Source: Camelus ferus (taxonomy: Eukaryota). Taken from it: 64,000 nt of DNA. Positions 24,046 through 36,055 of this stretch are shown here, piece by piece. The DNA lies in assembly GCF_009834535.1 (NCBI RefSeq), contig NC_045707.1, positions 47,494,001 to 47,558,000 of the forward strand, written 5' to 3'. Under the pieces are notes generated by a model. It did no database searches. It was given only the letters and a program-made list of their open reading frames with translations, and had not been told where the DNA came from. The position numbers and the translations under genes are program-made. Numbering within the stretch: position 1 is the first letter of the stretch; every line of letters starts with the position of its first letter.

Positions 24046-26279
24046 TCTTCTTTGTTTGAATTTCACCATAGTGATAACTAAATAGTGAATGTATTTATTT
24101 TCTTTGAAAATTTTGTCTTTCTTCAATCTGTATTTTTTCTTAACTAGAAACATAATACATGATCATTGTAAAAAATTAAAATGACTCATATTGTGCAGTG
24201 GAGAAAGTGAAAGTTTCCTGTAATTCACTCCCGTTTCTCCTCTTCCCCACAACTAAAATGTACCTTTAGGTATATACTCTTCCCACATCTTTCTTTTTTC
24301 CCTCTTTGAGTAAATTAAATTTAAAAAAATTCTTGCTTTTATATTTTTAAAAATATGAATTATAATTTTAAAAAATACATATTTAGTGTACAAAGGATAC
24401 ATTATAAAATTATGTATAAGAACATATCTAAAAGCTATAAAAATAACAAAATTGGGATATGTTTTCTTTGTTTAGTTTCTTCTGCATGTTGGAATTTATC
24501 AGCAAGATAGACATGTTACATCTTACAGACTTTAAAGTGGAATCAGGGTATTTTAATGAAATATACTCAAAATTTGCACTTTAGTACATACTGTTTATTA
24601 TTTCTGTTTATTATGTGCGAGATACTCTAGTCATTCCTTTGATAGGATATTTACAAGTAGGGATTTAAATATAATTTCTTTTCTTGTGTGATAAGTAGGC
24701 ATTTGTGTTACATGATTAAAACATAGTAATTTGAAATAGCCAGGTTGTTTTAATGTTTTTATTAATATCCATAGTGTTGCTAATAGAAAATGATTCTGAG
24801 ATTCAGAGTTGTTAGATACAGCAATTTGAAGTAAACTCTTAATACCTATAACCATGTGAAGGATGCATGACCATTTTAAGACAGAAGGTGTTAGGATATA
24901 CTTTAAATTGAACACAGTTAAAAAGACATGAATATTTAAACATTCCCTTTTTTGAAATATATGATATATATATATATATATTTTTTATACATATATTTTC
25001 CATAAAAGGTAAGGCCATGAACATATCTCAGACATGCTGCCATTCCCCAAAACATTTTCAAACCTCTTTTAGTTGACTTTAAACCAGTTGGGAAAACACT
25101 CAGAAAACTAGTTTCATTAATTTATGGTTATTAAATAAGATAAACCCAAGTGTTTGATCATTCAGTTCACCTACCTTGTTTACTAGTTTGTTTCTAAAAC
25201 TTATATATTCATCCATTTATAGTGGATTTGGTTTTGTCACTAGTGAGAATCTTTAAAAAGAAAAAAGGTGCCATGCATTCTGGAAGGGTTTCCAAAAGAA
25301 ATAGCAAAAGATCTTTTGGCATTATTTTTATAATAAATTAGTAGCCTTCTAAGGTTTCCCCCTTGAAGATGAAAGTACTCATTTGTAATATATAATATAG
25401 TAACTGCTGATGTATTTGTTAAAATTTTTAAAAAAGTTTACCATATTCATATTATAAAGTTTATTTACTAACAATGTAAACAATGAATTAGAAATACAAA
25501 GTTCTTTTCAGTTGTAGGAAACCATACTTTAAAAACAGTACTTAGTCTCTGTAGTGGTTAAAACTTTCATGTATAGAAAGTTTGTATTTCCAAGATCTTT
25601 GCTTATCTTCCTCTTATATTATTTACTAAATGATCAAATCATTGTTTCAATAATAGACATTAATTTTATTTAAAAATGTTAAAATGTATTAAAGCAAATT
25701 CATGTCCAGCTATTATCCATGATCATAGTGTGATCCAGGTTAGTGAAACTACATATAATTTCTGTTTGATAACTTCTATAGACAGGTACTTTCAATTACA
25801 GTGAAAAAGATGATTCACCACCTTTAAAGGTGTTTCTGTGTTGGTTGTTTGCATTTAACGTGATTTTGAAGTAAAAAGAAAAGGCTATGCTATAGAAGTT
25901 GGGAGAAAATACAGGCATGACTTGCATATCCTTTTTAAATTCAGGATTAAAGTATAGAATTTAAAGCCAGTAAATTCAAGTTTGCAGTTTGATGCTTACT
26001 TCAGACACATAAAATAGGATGTCAACTTTTCACTTACTGTATTATTAAATAAAGTTGTTCATTTTGGATAAATTTTAAAAATTAATTTTCAGTCAAAGAA
26101 GTTGTGGGGTGGCAGTAGAGGGTGGTAAGATAAAGAACCAAGTTGAAATTTCTAAGGATTATTTCAATTTAACAACAACAATGACAAAAATCTATGGAAT
26201 CTTAAAACCTCTGGATGCTTTCATTTCCTTTTTCATTTTAGTTTGCTCTAATTTTTTCTTTTTTTTTTTTTCTTTTTAG

Positions 26280-26395
26280 GCCACAGTAAGCCAGCTGAGA
26301 AGTGAACTTGCCAAACGCCCCCAGGAAGTTGCTGTATATGTGCAGGAACTACAGAAACTTAAAGTTCAGTTAATGAATTAACACAAAAAAATCAG
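26280..26395 (+). CDS. EEA1: EEA1 exon 10 (116 nt as assembled; 1-bp deletion at ~26361-26363)
   Basis: TTTAG|GCC; ATVSQLRSELAKRPQEVAVYVQELQKLK then frame shift; SVNELTQKNQ continues in another frame; CAG|GTGAG. Confidence 0.92.
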
Positions 26396-26499
26396 GTGAG
26401 AATTTAAAAACTATATATAATGGGGAAGTGATTTTGTATATCTTAAATTTTAATCTTGTGTATGTTATTTATATATTGGCACAGTACAGTGTGAGTTAA

Positions 26500-28710
26500 G
26501 TTTTTGTTTTTTTTTTTAATGTTACGTACATTCACACTGTTACGCAACCTGTCTCCAGAACTCTTTTCATCTTGGAAAACTAAAACTATACTCATTAAAC
26601 AGTATTAAACAATTCCCCATTCACTGTCTCCCCTGACCCAAACCTTTTTTACTTTCTATATCTATGAATTTACTATTCTAAGTAACTCATATGAGTGGAA
26701 TCACAGTATTTGTCTTTTTGTGCCTGGTTTAGTTCACATGGGATAATGTCCTCAAGGTTCATCCATGTTGTAGCCTGTGTCAGATTCTCCTACCTTTTTA
26801 AGGATAAATAATATTACATTGTACGTGTGTTATCATATTATCTATTCATCTGTTGATGGATACTTGGATTGCTTCCTTCTTTGGGCTATTGTGAATAGCG
26901 CTGCTTTGAACATGGGTATACAAATATCTGTTTGAGACCCTGCTTTCAGTTCTTTTGGGTATATACCCAGAAGTGGAATTGCTGGATCAGATGGTAATTG
27001 TTTTCAATTTTTTGAGGATTTCACCGTACTGTTTTCTATAGTGGCTGTATCCTTTTAAATTCCTATCAGCAGTGTACAAGGATTCAACAGTTTCTCCATA
27101 TCCTTGCCAAAATTTGTTATTTTCTGTGTTTATTTTTGTTTTTGTTTTTTTTATAGTAGCCATCTTAATGAGTGTTAAGGTGGTATCTCATCATGGTTGA
27201 TTTGCATTTCCCTAGTGATTAGGTTGATGAGCATCTTTTCATATGCTTGTTGGCCATATAATTTTAGTTGGGTTGTTTGTGTTTTTGTTGAGTTGTAGGA
27301 GTCCTTTATATGCTTTCGATATTAATCCCTTATTGGATACATGATTTTGCAAATATTTTCTCTCATTCTTTAGGTTGCCTTTTCACTCTGTTCATTGTGT
27401 CTTTTTGTAAAGGAAAAACACTCCTGTGTGTCTCCTCTACTCTCAGTACTGTACCGCAACTTCACATCTGACATCAGATGTGTGGGTGTTCTGTATATCA
27501 ACAATTCTGCGACACCAGCTGGGTGTCCGACAGTTTAACTCAATTCTTACACTATTTACCTGGAGCTGGCATCAGATTAAGGGTGCAGTCCCACCAGACT
27601 GTGCCTGAACACCCGTACCTTCCCCACACCCCAATTCAGACACCAGTTCAAAGTCCATCTTGTTACTTGTACTTCTGAGCAACTGGCTATAAATGGGAGG
27701 TTCCCAGGCCTCTGCCTCTGGTTCAATTAATTTGCTAGAGTGACTCACAGAACTTGGGAAAACATTTTACTTATTACATGACTGGTTTGTTATAAATGAC
27801 TGTAACTCAAGAACAGCCAGATGGAAGAGATGCATAGGGCAAGATACGTGGGAAAGTATATGAAGCTTCCATGCTTTCTCTGGGAGCTCTCCACACGTTC
27901 ATCAACCTGAAATCTCTCAAATTTCTTTCCTTCTTTACATAGGCACAGATGATCAAATCACTGGCCATTGGTGATTAAATCAACCTTTAGCCCCCTCTTC
28001 TCTCCCTGGGGAGCAGGTAGGGCTAAAAGTTCAACCCTTCCTTCAAGTTTGGTGCCCCTAGCACCCGCCCCCATCCTTAGAGCTTTCTAAAGAATCACCT
28101 CATTATTAAAAACTCATAGGTGGCTGAAGGGGGCTTGTTATGAATAGCAAAGGATATCTTTATTGCTCTTATCACATAGGAAATTCCTAGGGTTTTAGGA
28201 GCCCAGTTCCAGAAATGGGGACCAGGACCAAATGTATATTTTACAGTATCGCACCTTGGATGCACAGAAGTTTTAGATCTAATCCAATTTGTCTGTTTTT
28301 ACTTTTCTTGCCATGTTTTTGGTGTCATATCCAAGAAATCATTGCCAAATTTTGTCATGAAGCTTTTCACCTGTTTTCTTCTAATAGTTTTGTAATTTTA
28401 GATCTTTGATCCATTTTGGAAAAATTTTTTACAGCATAAGGTAAGGGTTCAGTTTCTTTCTTTTGTATTTGGATATCCAGTGTTCCTAGCACCAGTTGTT
28501 GAAAGGACTGTCCTTTTTTCTATTGAATGGTCTTGGCACCCTTGTTGAAAATCATTTGACCATGTGTGAGTATTTATTTCTGGGTTCTCTATTCTTATTC
28601 TGTTGGTTTAGATGTCTTTTTAAATGTCAGTACCACATTGTTTTGACTACTGTAGCTTTCAATAAGTTTTGAAATCAGGAAGTGTGAGACCTCCAACTTT
28701 GTTCTTATTC
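26500..28710 (-). mobile_element. Older L1 (L1M-type) 3' portion, antisense, interrupted by an LTR
   Basis: TATATACCCAGAAGTGGAATTGCTGGATC and TTTGCATTTCCCTAGTGATT motifs; resumes after 28252. Confidence 0.85.
27406..28252. mobile_element. MER21-like solo LTR nested in L1
   Basis: TGTAAAGG...ACAGTATCGCA; internal GGTTCAATTAATTTGCTAGAGTGACTCACAGAAC is typical of MER21-type LTRs. Confidence 0.75.
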
Positions 28711-29024
28711 TGTATTTTTTTGTAATGTTAATATTTTCCACTTTGTTTCTTTAAAGATGAGCAACAGATAATATTTAGTTTGGAGGCAGGGCAGGCATGG
28801 TATTAATACTTTTTCCCCCCATGTCTTTACTTTTTTGTTGGTGGAATAATAGGGAGTTATTAAATCTTTTTACTCAAAGGTATGGTGAATTTGTTGGCTT
28901 TGCTTTAAATAACTTGAACCTAGTATTCTGATGAAATATAACAAGGAAAAATCAAGACAGAAAGTAACATGGTAGAAGGGAAAAAGAGATGAGAATAATT
29001 GGTTGTAAATAGTAAGCTTCTTGT

Positions 29025-29235
29025 CACAGCCAGGTGAATGAACTTGGGAGCACATCCTCCAAGTCTTGTCAAGTTTTCAGAGACTGTAGTTCTGGCCCAT
29101 GGCTTACTATAGTCTAAGAGAGACCTTGAGGTGGAACCATCCAGCTAAGCTGTTTCTGAATTCCCTGACCCTCAGAAAATGTGTGAGATAATAGATAAAA
29201 TTTTCAGCTCCTAAGTTTTGGGGTGTTTGTTGCTT
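29025..29235 (+). mobile_element. MLT1-type LTR fragment
   Basis: CCAGCTAAGCTG...TCCCTGACCCTCAGAAAATGTGTGAGATAATA motif. Confidence 0.6.
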
Positions 29236-29246
29236 GTGCCCTTGCA

Positions 29247-30272
29247 CAGTATTTCTCAAACTTCTTGATCTCAAGACTGCTTTATATTCTCAAAAGTGTC
29301 ATGAACCCCGAAGAGCTTTTATTTATTTATTTTTTTGGTTGCATCTATGGACAGTTATGTCAGAAATTAAAATAAACTAAAAATATATGTTCATTATTTT
29401 ATTTAGAAAACAGTAACCATTAGATATTAACATAAATAACAAAAATCTTATTAAAAATGTCTATTTTCCAATATAAAAAATAGTGGTGGTAGTTTACATT
29501 TTTTCAGTCCTCTTTAATGTCTAGCTAATACAGGACAGATGGATTCTTCTATCTGCTTTTACCTTTAATCTGTTGTGATATGGTTGAAGTGTGCATAGAA
29601 AACTTAGTTTTACACAGATGTAGTTGGAAAAGGGAGGACTAAATAGCCTTTTCAGATAATTGTAGCTATTTTTATTTGATATTGTACTGAAATTAGATAA
29701 GGTATAGTTTCTCAAAAGTTAGTTGCAGTGTAGATTCTGAAACCATATCAATGCAGTTTTTGTACTTTGTAACACTGAAATTCATTCCTCTGTCTTGCCT
29801 TTTGAATAGACCTTTCCTATGCATGATTTTTATAACATAATGCATTAGTCATGTGAAAAATACTGGTTCACTGAGTTATGCAGATTTCCCAGATATTGAA
29901 CAGTTCACTGTACAGTATAAAACAAGTCACATTTGTCAACATCACCATCAATCTCAGTACAGGCTTTAAGCATAAGGAAGTGTCAAGCTCGTGGTGGTAG
30001 ATACAAGTTTTCCAAAATTCTAAGCTTCATCTTGAAGCTTCAGTTTTATCATTGGCAACCAACGGGATCACTTCTATTCTTTGACATGACAGATTCTCTT
30101 CCTACCCAAGTCTGAATAATGATAGTTCGTCCGTGATTCTTTCCAGTTGAAATAGCGTTTCAAGGAAAAAAGCAACTAGCTCAATTGCATAAATGCTTTT
30201 CTATGTGACAATTACATTATTCTTTGGTATGCAGCCAAAGTGATCCATATATACTTCCTATTTTTTCACACA
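29247..30272. mobile_element. hAT-Charlie-like DNA transposon remnant
   Basis: Starts CAGTATTTCTCAAACTT (Charlie-type terminus) followed by GAACCCCGAAGAGCTTTT. Confidence 0.6.
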
Positions 30273-33200
30273 GTTTTTCTTTTTTCTTGTTACAAATACT
30301 GCAGCTATGAACTTTCACCATAAATCTCATGCATTTGTGCAGGAATTAAATTGTTATGTACTCTCATGTGAAATTGCTGGGCTACTGGCTACATACATAC
30401 TCATATTTACTAGGTGATCCCAAACTGTTTTCCAAAGTAATTATACTAGTTTACCATTTTCTATTTCTCCATCAACACTTGGTGCTGACTGATTTTTAAA
30501 ATTTAATCTTTTTATGGCTGATAAAAACCTCCCTGCCTCCCTGTCCCTCCTTTTTTCTCCTGTCAAACTCTATGTAGAAAACATCTACATACACTTTAGT
30601 TTTATCTTTGTCCCTCAATTTGATTTTTAATTTCTTTTGAGATTAGAGTTGACCTTCTGCCTCTTGGAAGTTGGCCAGATGTGTACATGCAGCAGATGTT
30701 TATGATCAGTGTAGTTTGTTACGTATTTCTGAAACATCAAACCGTTAATATTTATGAAACAAACATCATATATATATTATATATATATATATATTCACAC
30801 ATGCCTACATACGTGCACACACACTGTTAAAGGAAGTACTCTGTCTATTTTATGAGCACTACAGGGAATCAAGATGGTTTAGTGTGGTAAAAATGGAATT
30901 TTTTATTAGGGGATAAGAGGATTTTCTACTAATCTTAATAATCTTTACAGAAGTGTAATACTTGACAATTTTTTTTCAAAGTGTTTTCTTGCTTAGGATT
31001 TTTTTCACCAGTTAGAGCAGGAGCAAGCAGAGAGGTGCATCTATCTATCGCTCGCTCTCTTTTTTTTTTTTTTTTTTGAATTTTTGCCTTCTGCCTCCCT
31101 CGCCACTCCTCACCCTTTGTCCTTGATAAATCATAATTGTTGACAGTGGTGATATCCAAGTGTTGTAAATTTGGAAATCTCTATGCTTGGTCTTTTGAAG
31201 GCTATTACATGAAATGCCTTGGCAGCTTTTGTGGGTCATAGGCAGCATCAGGGTGGATAGATTACATTTTAAAATATAATGAATGGGAAAAATAGTTGCT
31301 TTTATGTTAATGTCAAGTTCTCAGCATTAAGCCAGTGTTTTTTTAATTACTGACTTGGAAAACTTAAAAACGAGAGGAATATTGAGGGAGCCTCCTTCTT
31401 AGTTTCTAATAAGAATCATATTCTGACATTTAAACAATTCTGCAGCTTAGTTTAACTATTTCTGTATGATTCTGAACAAAATCATATGTTTATTTAAAGC
31501 TACTAATGTGATTAACATGGGTCACTGTAAGAGACTGACTGTTTTCTGGGTTACACCTCTTATCCATTTTCCATTCTTCATTGCTCTCCACTTTCCAACG
31601 GTCCCAGTATTAAGGTGCTCATAGGCCAGAGCGAGAGCCAGATGTGGCAAGTAGTTGTATCGCTGTGTATTACCACTGTGTTGCCAAGTGGTATACTGAC
31701 ATGAACAGAATAGTACAGTGGTCAAAAGCCCGTTTAAATCTCAGCTTTGCCACTAACTGGTTGTGACACACAACCTCTTAAAGTGTGTTTCCTCTTCTGC
31801 TAAGAAGTACTGTTATATCCATTTGCCTCTTAGGATTGATGTGAGTATTGAATACATTAATAGATGTTAAAGTGCTTAGACTAGTGTCTGGCTTTTAGAA
31901 AGCACCTCAATGAATATTTGTTGTCACTGTTTTTATTTGGAAGTGTTGTGATGCCGAGTTGGATCAAGACCACGGTGGATGTTTTCCTATCTTACTGACT
32001 AGTAAATCAGGAAAGGCGTTTGTAGAAGACAACTTTATTTAGCTTAGTCTTTAGGGATGCTAAGGAGCATATCATGTGGCAGAGGGGTTAATGGCATTTC
32101 ATTTTAGAGATAGATATATCTATAGAAGGCATGGGAACATGTAAGAGCACAAAATACAAGATGTTGGAGAGCTACAAATAGTTAATTTGTTCTTTCTCAC
32201 AAAGCTGTTTTGAGGAACAAATGAGATCCCTGAAACTACTCTGTAAGCTCTCAAGCTATAAAAAATACCATTCTTTTTGCATTTCTTCTCATTACCTGGC
32301 TAGTAACAAGTGGATAATAGAGCCTAATACAGGGAAATTGTCTCTGTAAGAAAATACGTTGAAAGAACAATTGGTGAGGAAATCAAAAGAGGACTGGACA
32401 TTCAGAAGGAAAGACTTTTGCCTACTCAAATGATAATTGTTATAAACCAATCTTAACATTCATTTTATATTTTAAATTTGAATAGTATAAGTTTGGAGGA
32501 GCATGAATTGACTCACTGAGTGTCTGAATTGTGTTGTGGAAAGTTTATTGGACTTAGAATCATAATACGTGACTCTGCCACCTGGCCAAGTCATATCAAG
32601 CTTTTGACTTTAGCTTCTTCATCCATACAATGGGGATGATAATGTCTATCTCATTTTTTGTTGTAAGGATTGATATAGAGAAGAGAATGTGCAATTATTG
32701 ATTTCCTTAATGGATTCTACTGCATTAAAAAATCAATCTTCAAAAACCATGTTTTCACTATACTTTTTGCTTCAGATTCTATGGGAAGATGATAATGAGA
32801 ATGAAAAGTTTGTCATACTAAATTCAGTTAGCCTTTTGCATGTAAAAATTACATCATGTGAGTGTATTAGTTTCTTTTAAAAAGAAAGTAAGTGATTTAG
32901 GTTCTTTTAAAATTTAATTAGCTCTCATCTGTGCAGTAAAGCAGGAAGATTTTGATTAATTTTTTAGGCAAGTGAATTTTAAACAGTCAATGGTTGTTAT
33001 GTATTTTTTGCTTCTTAAAGAGCGGAGCTGTCTGAGGGATTATGTGTAGAACTAGTGGGATTACTTGGTTACTTTAAGCCTATGGGGAAGAAGACTTACT
33101 ACCTCATTACTAGCCTTAATTTTAGTAGCATTAAAAAAAATTATATCCCACCCAAGTTCTCAGTATTAGTGTGGTTGCATTCATAAAATTTAGTAACTTG

Positions 33201-34922
33201 GACTTTTCTTCAAAAAGATACAAGATATCTATAATGATCAACGAATAGATTTAGCTTACGAATTCTAAAATAAATGTTATCTTCTTAAAAGTAGAAAATT
33301 ATGTCAAGAAAGATGTGGAGTTACTAACAAGACACAAATGTTTATATAAAAAAAGAATTTTCCTAATATACAGATTGACTCAAAATTACTATTTTTTTCT
33401 CTAGTCTTTTGGCTCTGTCTCTTTTTTTCTGTTTCTGTTGGTTGGTCAAGACACATCTCTGCTAATTTTGCCCAGAATTTATGGTTGTTCTTTTTACTTT
33501 GTCTCCCATCTTCTCTTTGTTATATATATACTTATATCATCTTTCTGACATTGCTTTTTCTATAGTATATTCCTACTTGGTAATTTATATTAACGAACTT
33601 CTCAGACGGGTGTTCAAGAATCATTACTGCTGCCTGCCTTTCCCACTTTGGTACCTAGACTTATTACTCCCCTCGAGGTAATAAATAGCATTTGTTATTT
33701 TCCCTCATGCAACTTGTTTGTTCCTTTGTGACTTTATCTATTTATGTCTTCTTGTATAGAGCAGATAGCATGAGTCATGTCTACCTATTGCTTAACTCCT
33801 CTCACCACTTTACCAAGTTAAAAGTTTATTTTCATGTGATTTTTAACTTACTAGTTAGTCCCACTCAACTTTACTCATTTTATTTAAGACTATATACTCA
33901 AGAAATTTAACACAGCTTTTCTATTAATCCATTTTTGCCTATGCATTATGTTTCAACTTTGTTAGAAAAGTTTTTTTTTTTTGATATGCGTGTTTCATTT
34001 AGATTAGTCTGTTTAAAGGTCAGAGGCTTTGCTAGTCCTCCACTACATCTGTAGTATCCCCTTCTAGCACACTGCATATAAAAAGTGAGCATTATAAATG
34101 TCCATGATTGACTCATCAGGTGCTCACCGTGGCTTCTTATCCTGGCTATCTTTGTTACAGAATTGAGTTAAAATTCTGATCCATACCTTATGTGTACATA
34201 TGATGACTTAAAAATGTTCAATATTAATTGTAACAACTCCACTAAGACCAGACTTTGACATTTGATTAGGCTGACTGATCCAGATCTTTGATTGGAGGTG
34301 TCAGTTTTTATACTTTATACTTGATAGTACTGAGTAAAATAACAAAACATGAGATAGGTTAGTGAAATTTTTAGATCACTGTTTTTACATACCTAGAAAG
34401 AACTCTGAATTACTCCTAAAAATAGTGTTTGTTAAGAAGAGCAAAAACTAGGAATCAGTAGAATCAGGCATACTACAGCAGTGAATGGTATTGTTATGCT
34501 AAAACTCTTACCAACTATGAAATTGTAAAGCCAGAAATCAGAATTGCTGAGGTATATTGTTATGTAAAACAATTTTTGATGATAGAGGAGTAGTTTTAAT
34601 TTTTAACTCAAATGAGAGAATGTAAATATTTTGCATACCTTAAAGAGTCTAGTTAGTAGATTTTAGTGTTTTCATTTTATGTCAAAATTTTGTTAGTAGT
34701 TCTTATTACACTAGTACTAAGAGCTTAGTCAAGTGGACCAATAATAAAATCATAAGTTAGTATGTAATGATTTAATTCTTGGTTGGATATTTTCACTGTT
34801 TTTATATTGTAATAATGACTAAAACATTTAGTACGAAATGATACTGCTCTAAAGATTGTTTGAATAATTAGAATAATTGAAAGTATTAGGAAAAGAAATA
34901 CATTGTTAAATTGATATTTCAG

Positions 34923-35261
34923 GACTTGACTGAAAAGTTGCAGAAGAAAGAACTGGACTATACTCAGTTAGAGGAGAAACACAATGAAGAATGTGTGAGT
35001 AAAAAGAATATACAAGCAAGCCTTCATCAGAAAGACTTAGATTATCAACAGCTTCAGTCAAGGTTATCTGCATCTGAAACCTCTCTGCAGAGAATACAGG
35101 CAGAACTAGGTGAAAAGGGAGAAGCTACTCAAAAGCTCAAGGAAGAACTGTCAGAAGTGGAGACCAAGTACCAGCATCTTAAGGCAGAATTTAAACAACT
35201 ACAACAACAGAGAGAAGAAAAGGAACAGCATGGGTTACAACTCCAAAGTGAAATTAATCAA
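34923..35261 (+). CDS. EEA1: EEA1 exon 11 (339 nt)
   Basis: TTCAG|GAC; DLTEKLQKKELDY...LQSEINQ; CAA|GTAAGA. Confidence 0.96.
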
Positions 35262-36055
35262 GTAAGAGCTATTAATTTTATTTATTGTAATTCACCCTGT
35301 GGATGTCCACTCTTCTGATAGAATTTTATTTTTTCCCTTGCCAACTATGAATTTTTATGGAGAAATACATAAGTACAGAGCATATGTGAGGGTATATATG
35401 ACACAAAGGTTATAGAGCCTTAATATTTTCAGATTTAACAAGAATAATTTTAATTGAAAGCAGTTGTGTAGAACGCTTATTACTAATTTTCACTTCTGCT
35501 GAGGCTCTTGCTAAGATCTGATTTGTTATGTTATGAGGCTGGGGTGTAAAGCACTCTTAATATGTAAGCCTTACCAGAAGTCTTGCATCCTTATCTCCAT
35601 GCAACTCTTTTTTGTTCTGCACTCCCAGCACTTGTACACTAATTCTTCTAAAATTAATACAAACAATTTTTAAAGTGAACCCACCCTGAATCAACTCCAC
35701 AAGAGAAATCAGCTATTATTTCTGGTAATATTAGAGAAAATAAGAAATTTGAGAAAGTGATAGTTCTTAGCTACAAGGCAAATTTCTCCTTTAGTTTTAA
35801 CAAGGTGGCAATTTTTGTTTAAAGTTAATGAATGAGACTCACCTAATATTTTAAGAAAATATTCTTTCCCCTATTTTATTTAGAAATTGTTGCCAGTTTG
35901 AGGACTTAGGAATCCTTTGTGCTCTATTCAGTTACCCATATGTAAGAAGTCAGTTGTGGTGGTTCTTAACTATGGAAAAACAAGAATCACTGTGGATTAA
36001 AAAAAAAAAAAAGACAGTGGAATAGGTCTGAGTGTGTCTTAAGTGTCTTAATTTT

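Noticed and set aside
31059..31260. Possible minus-strand retrocopy after a poly-T tract
   Set aside because: No recognisable protein or TSD found by eye; a BLAST search would be needed.
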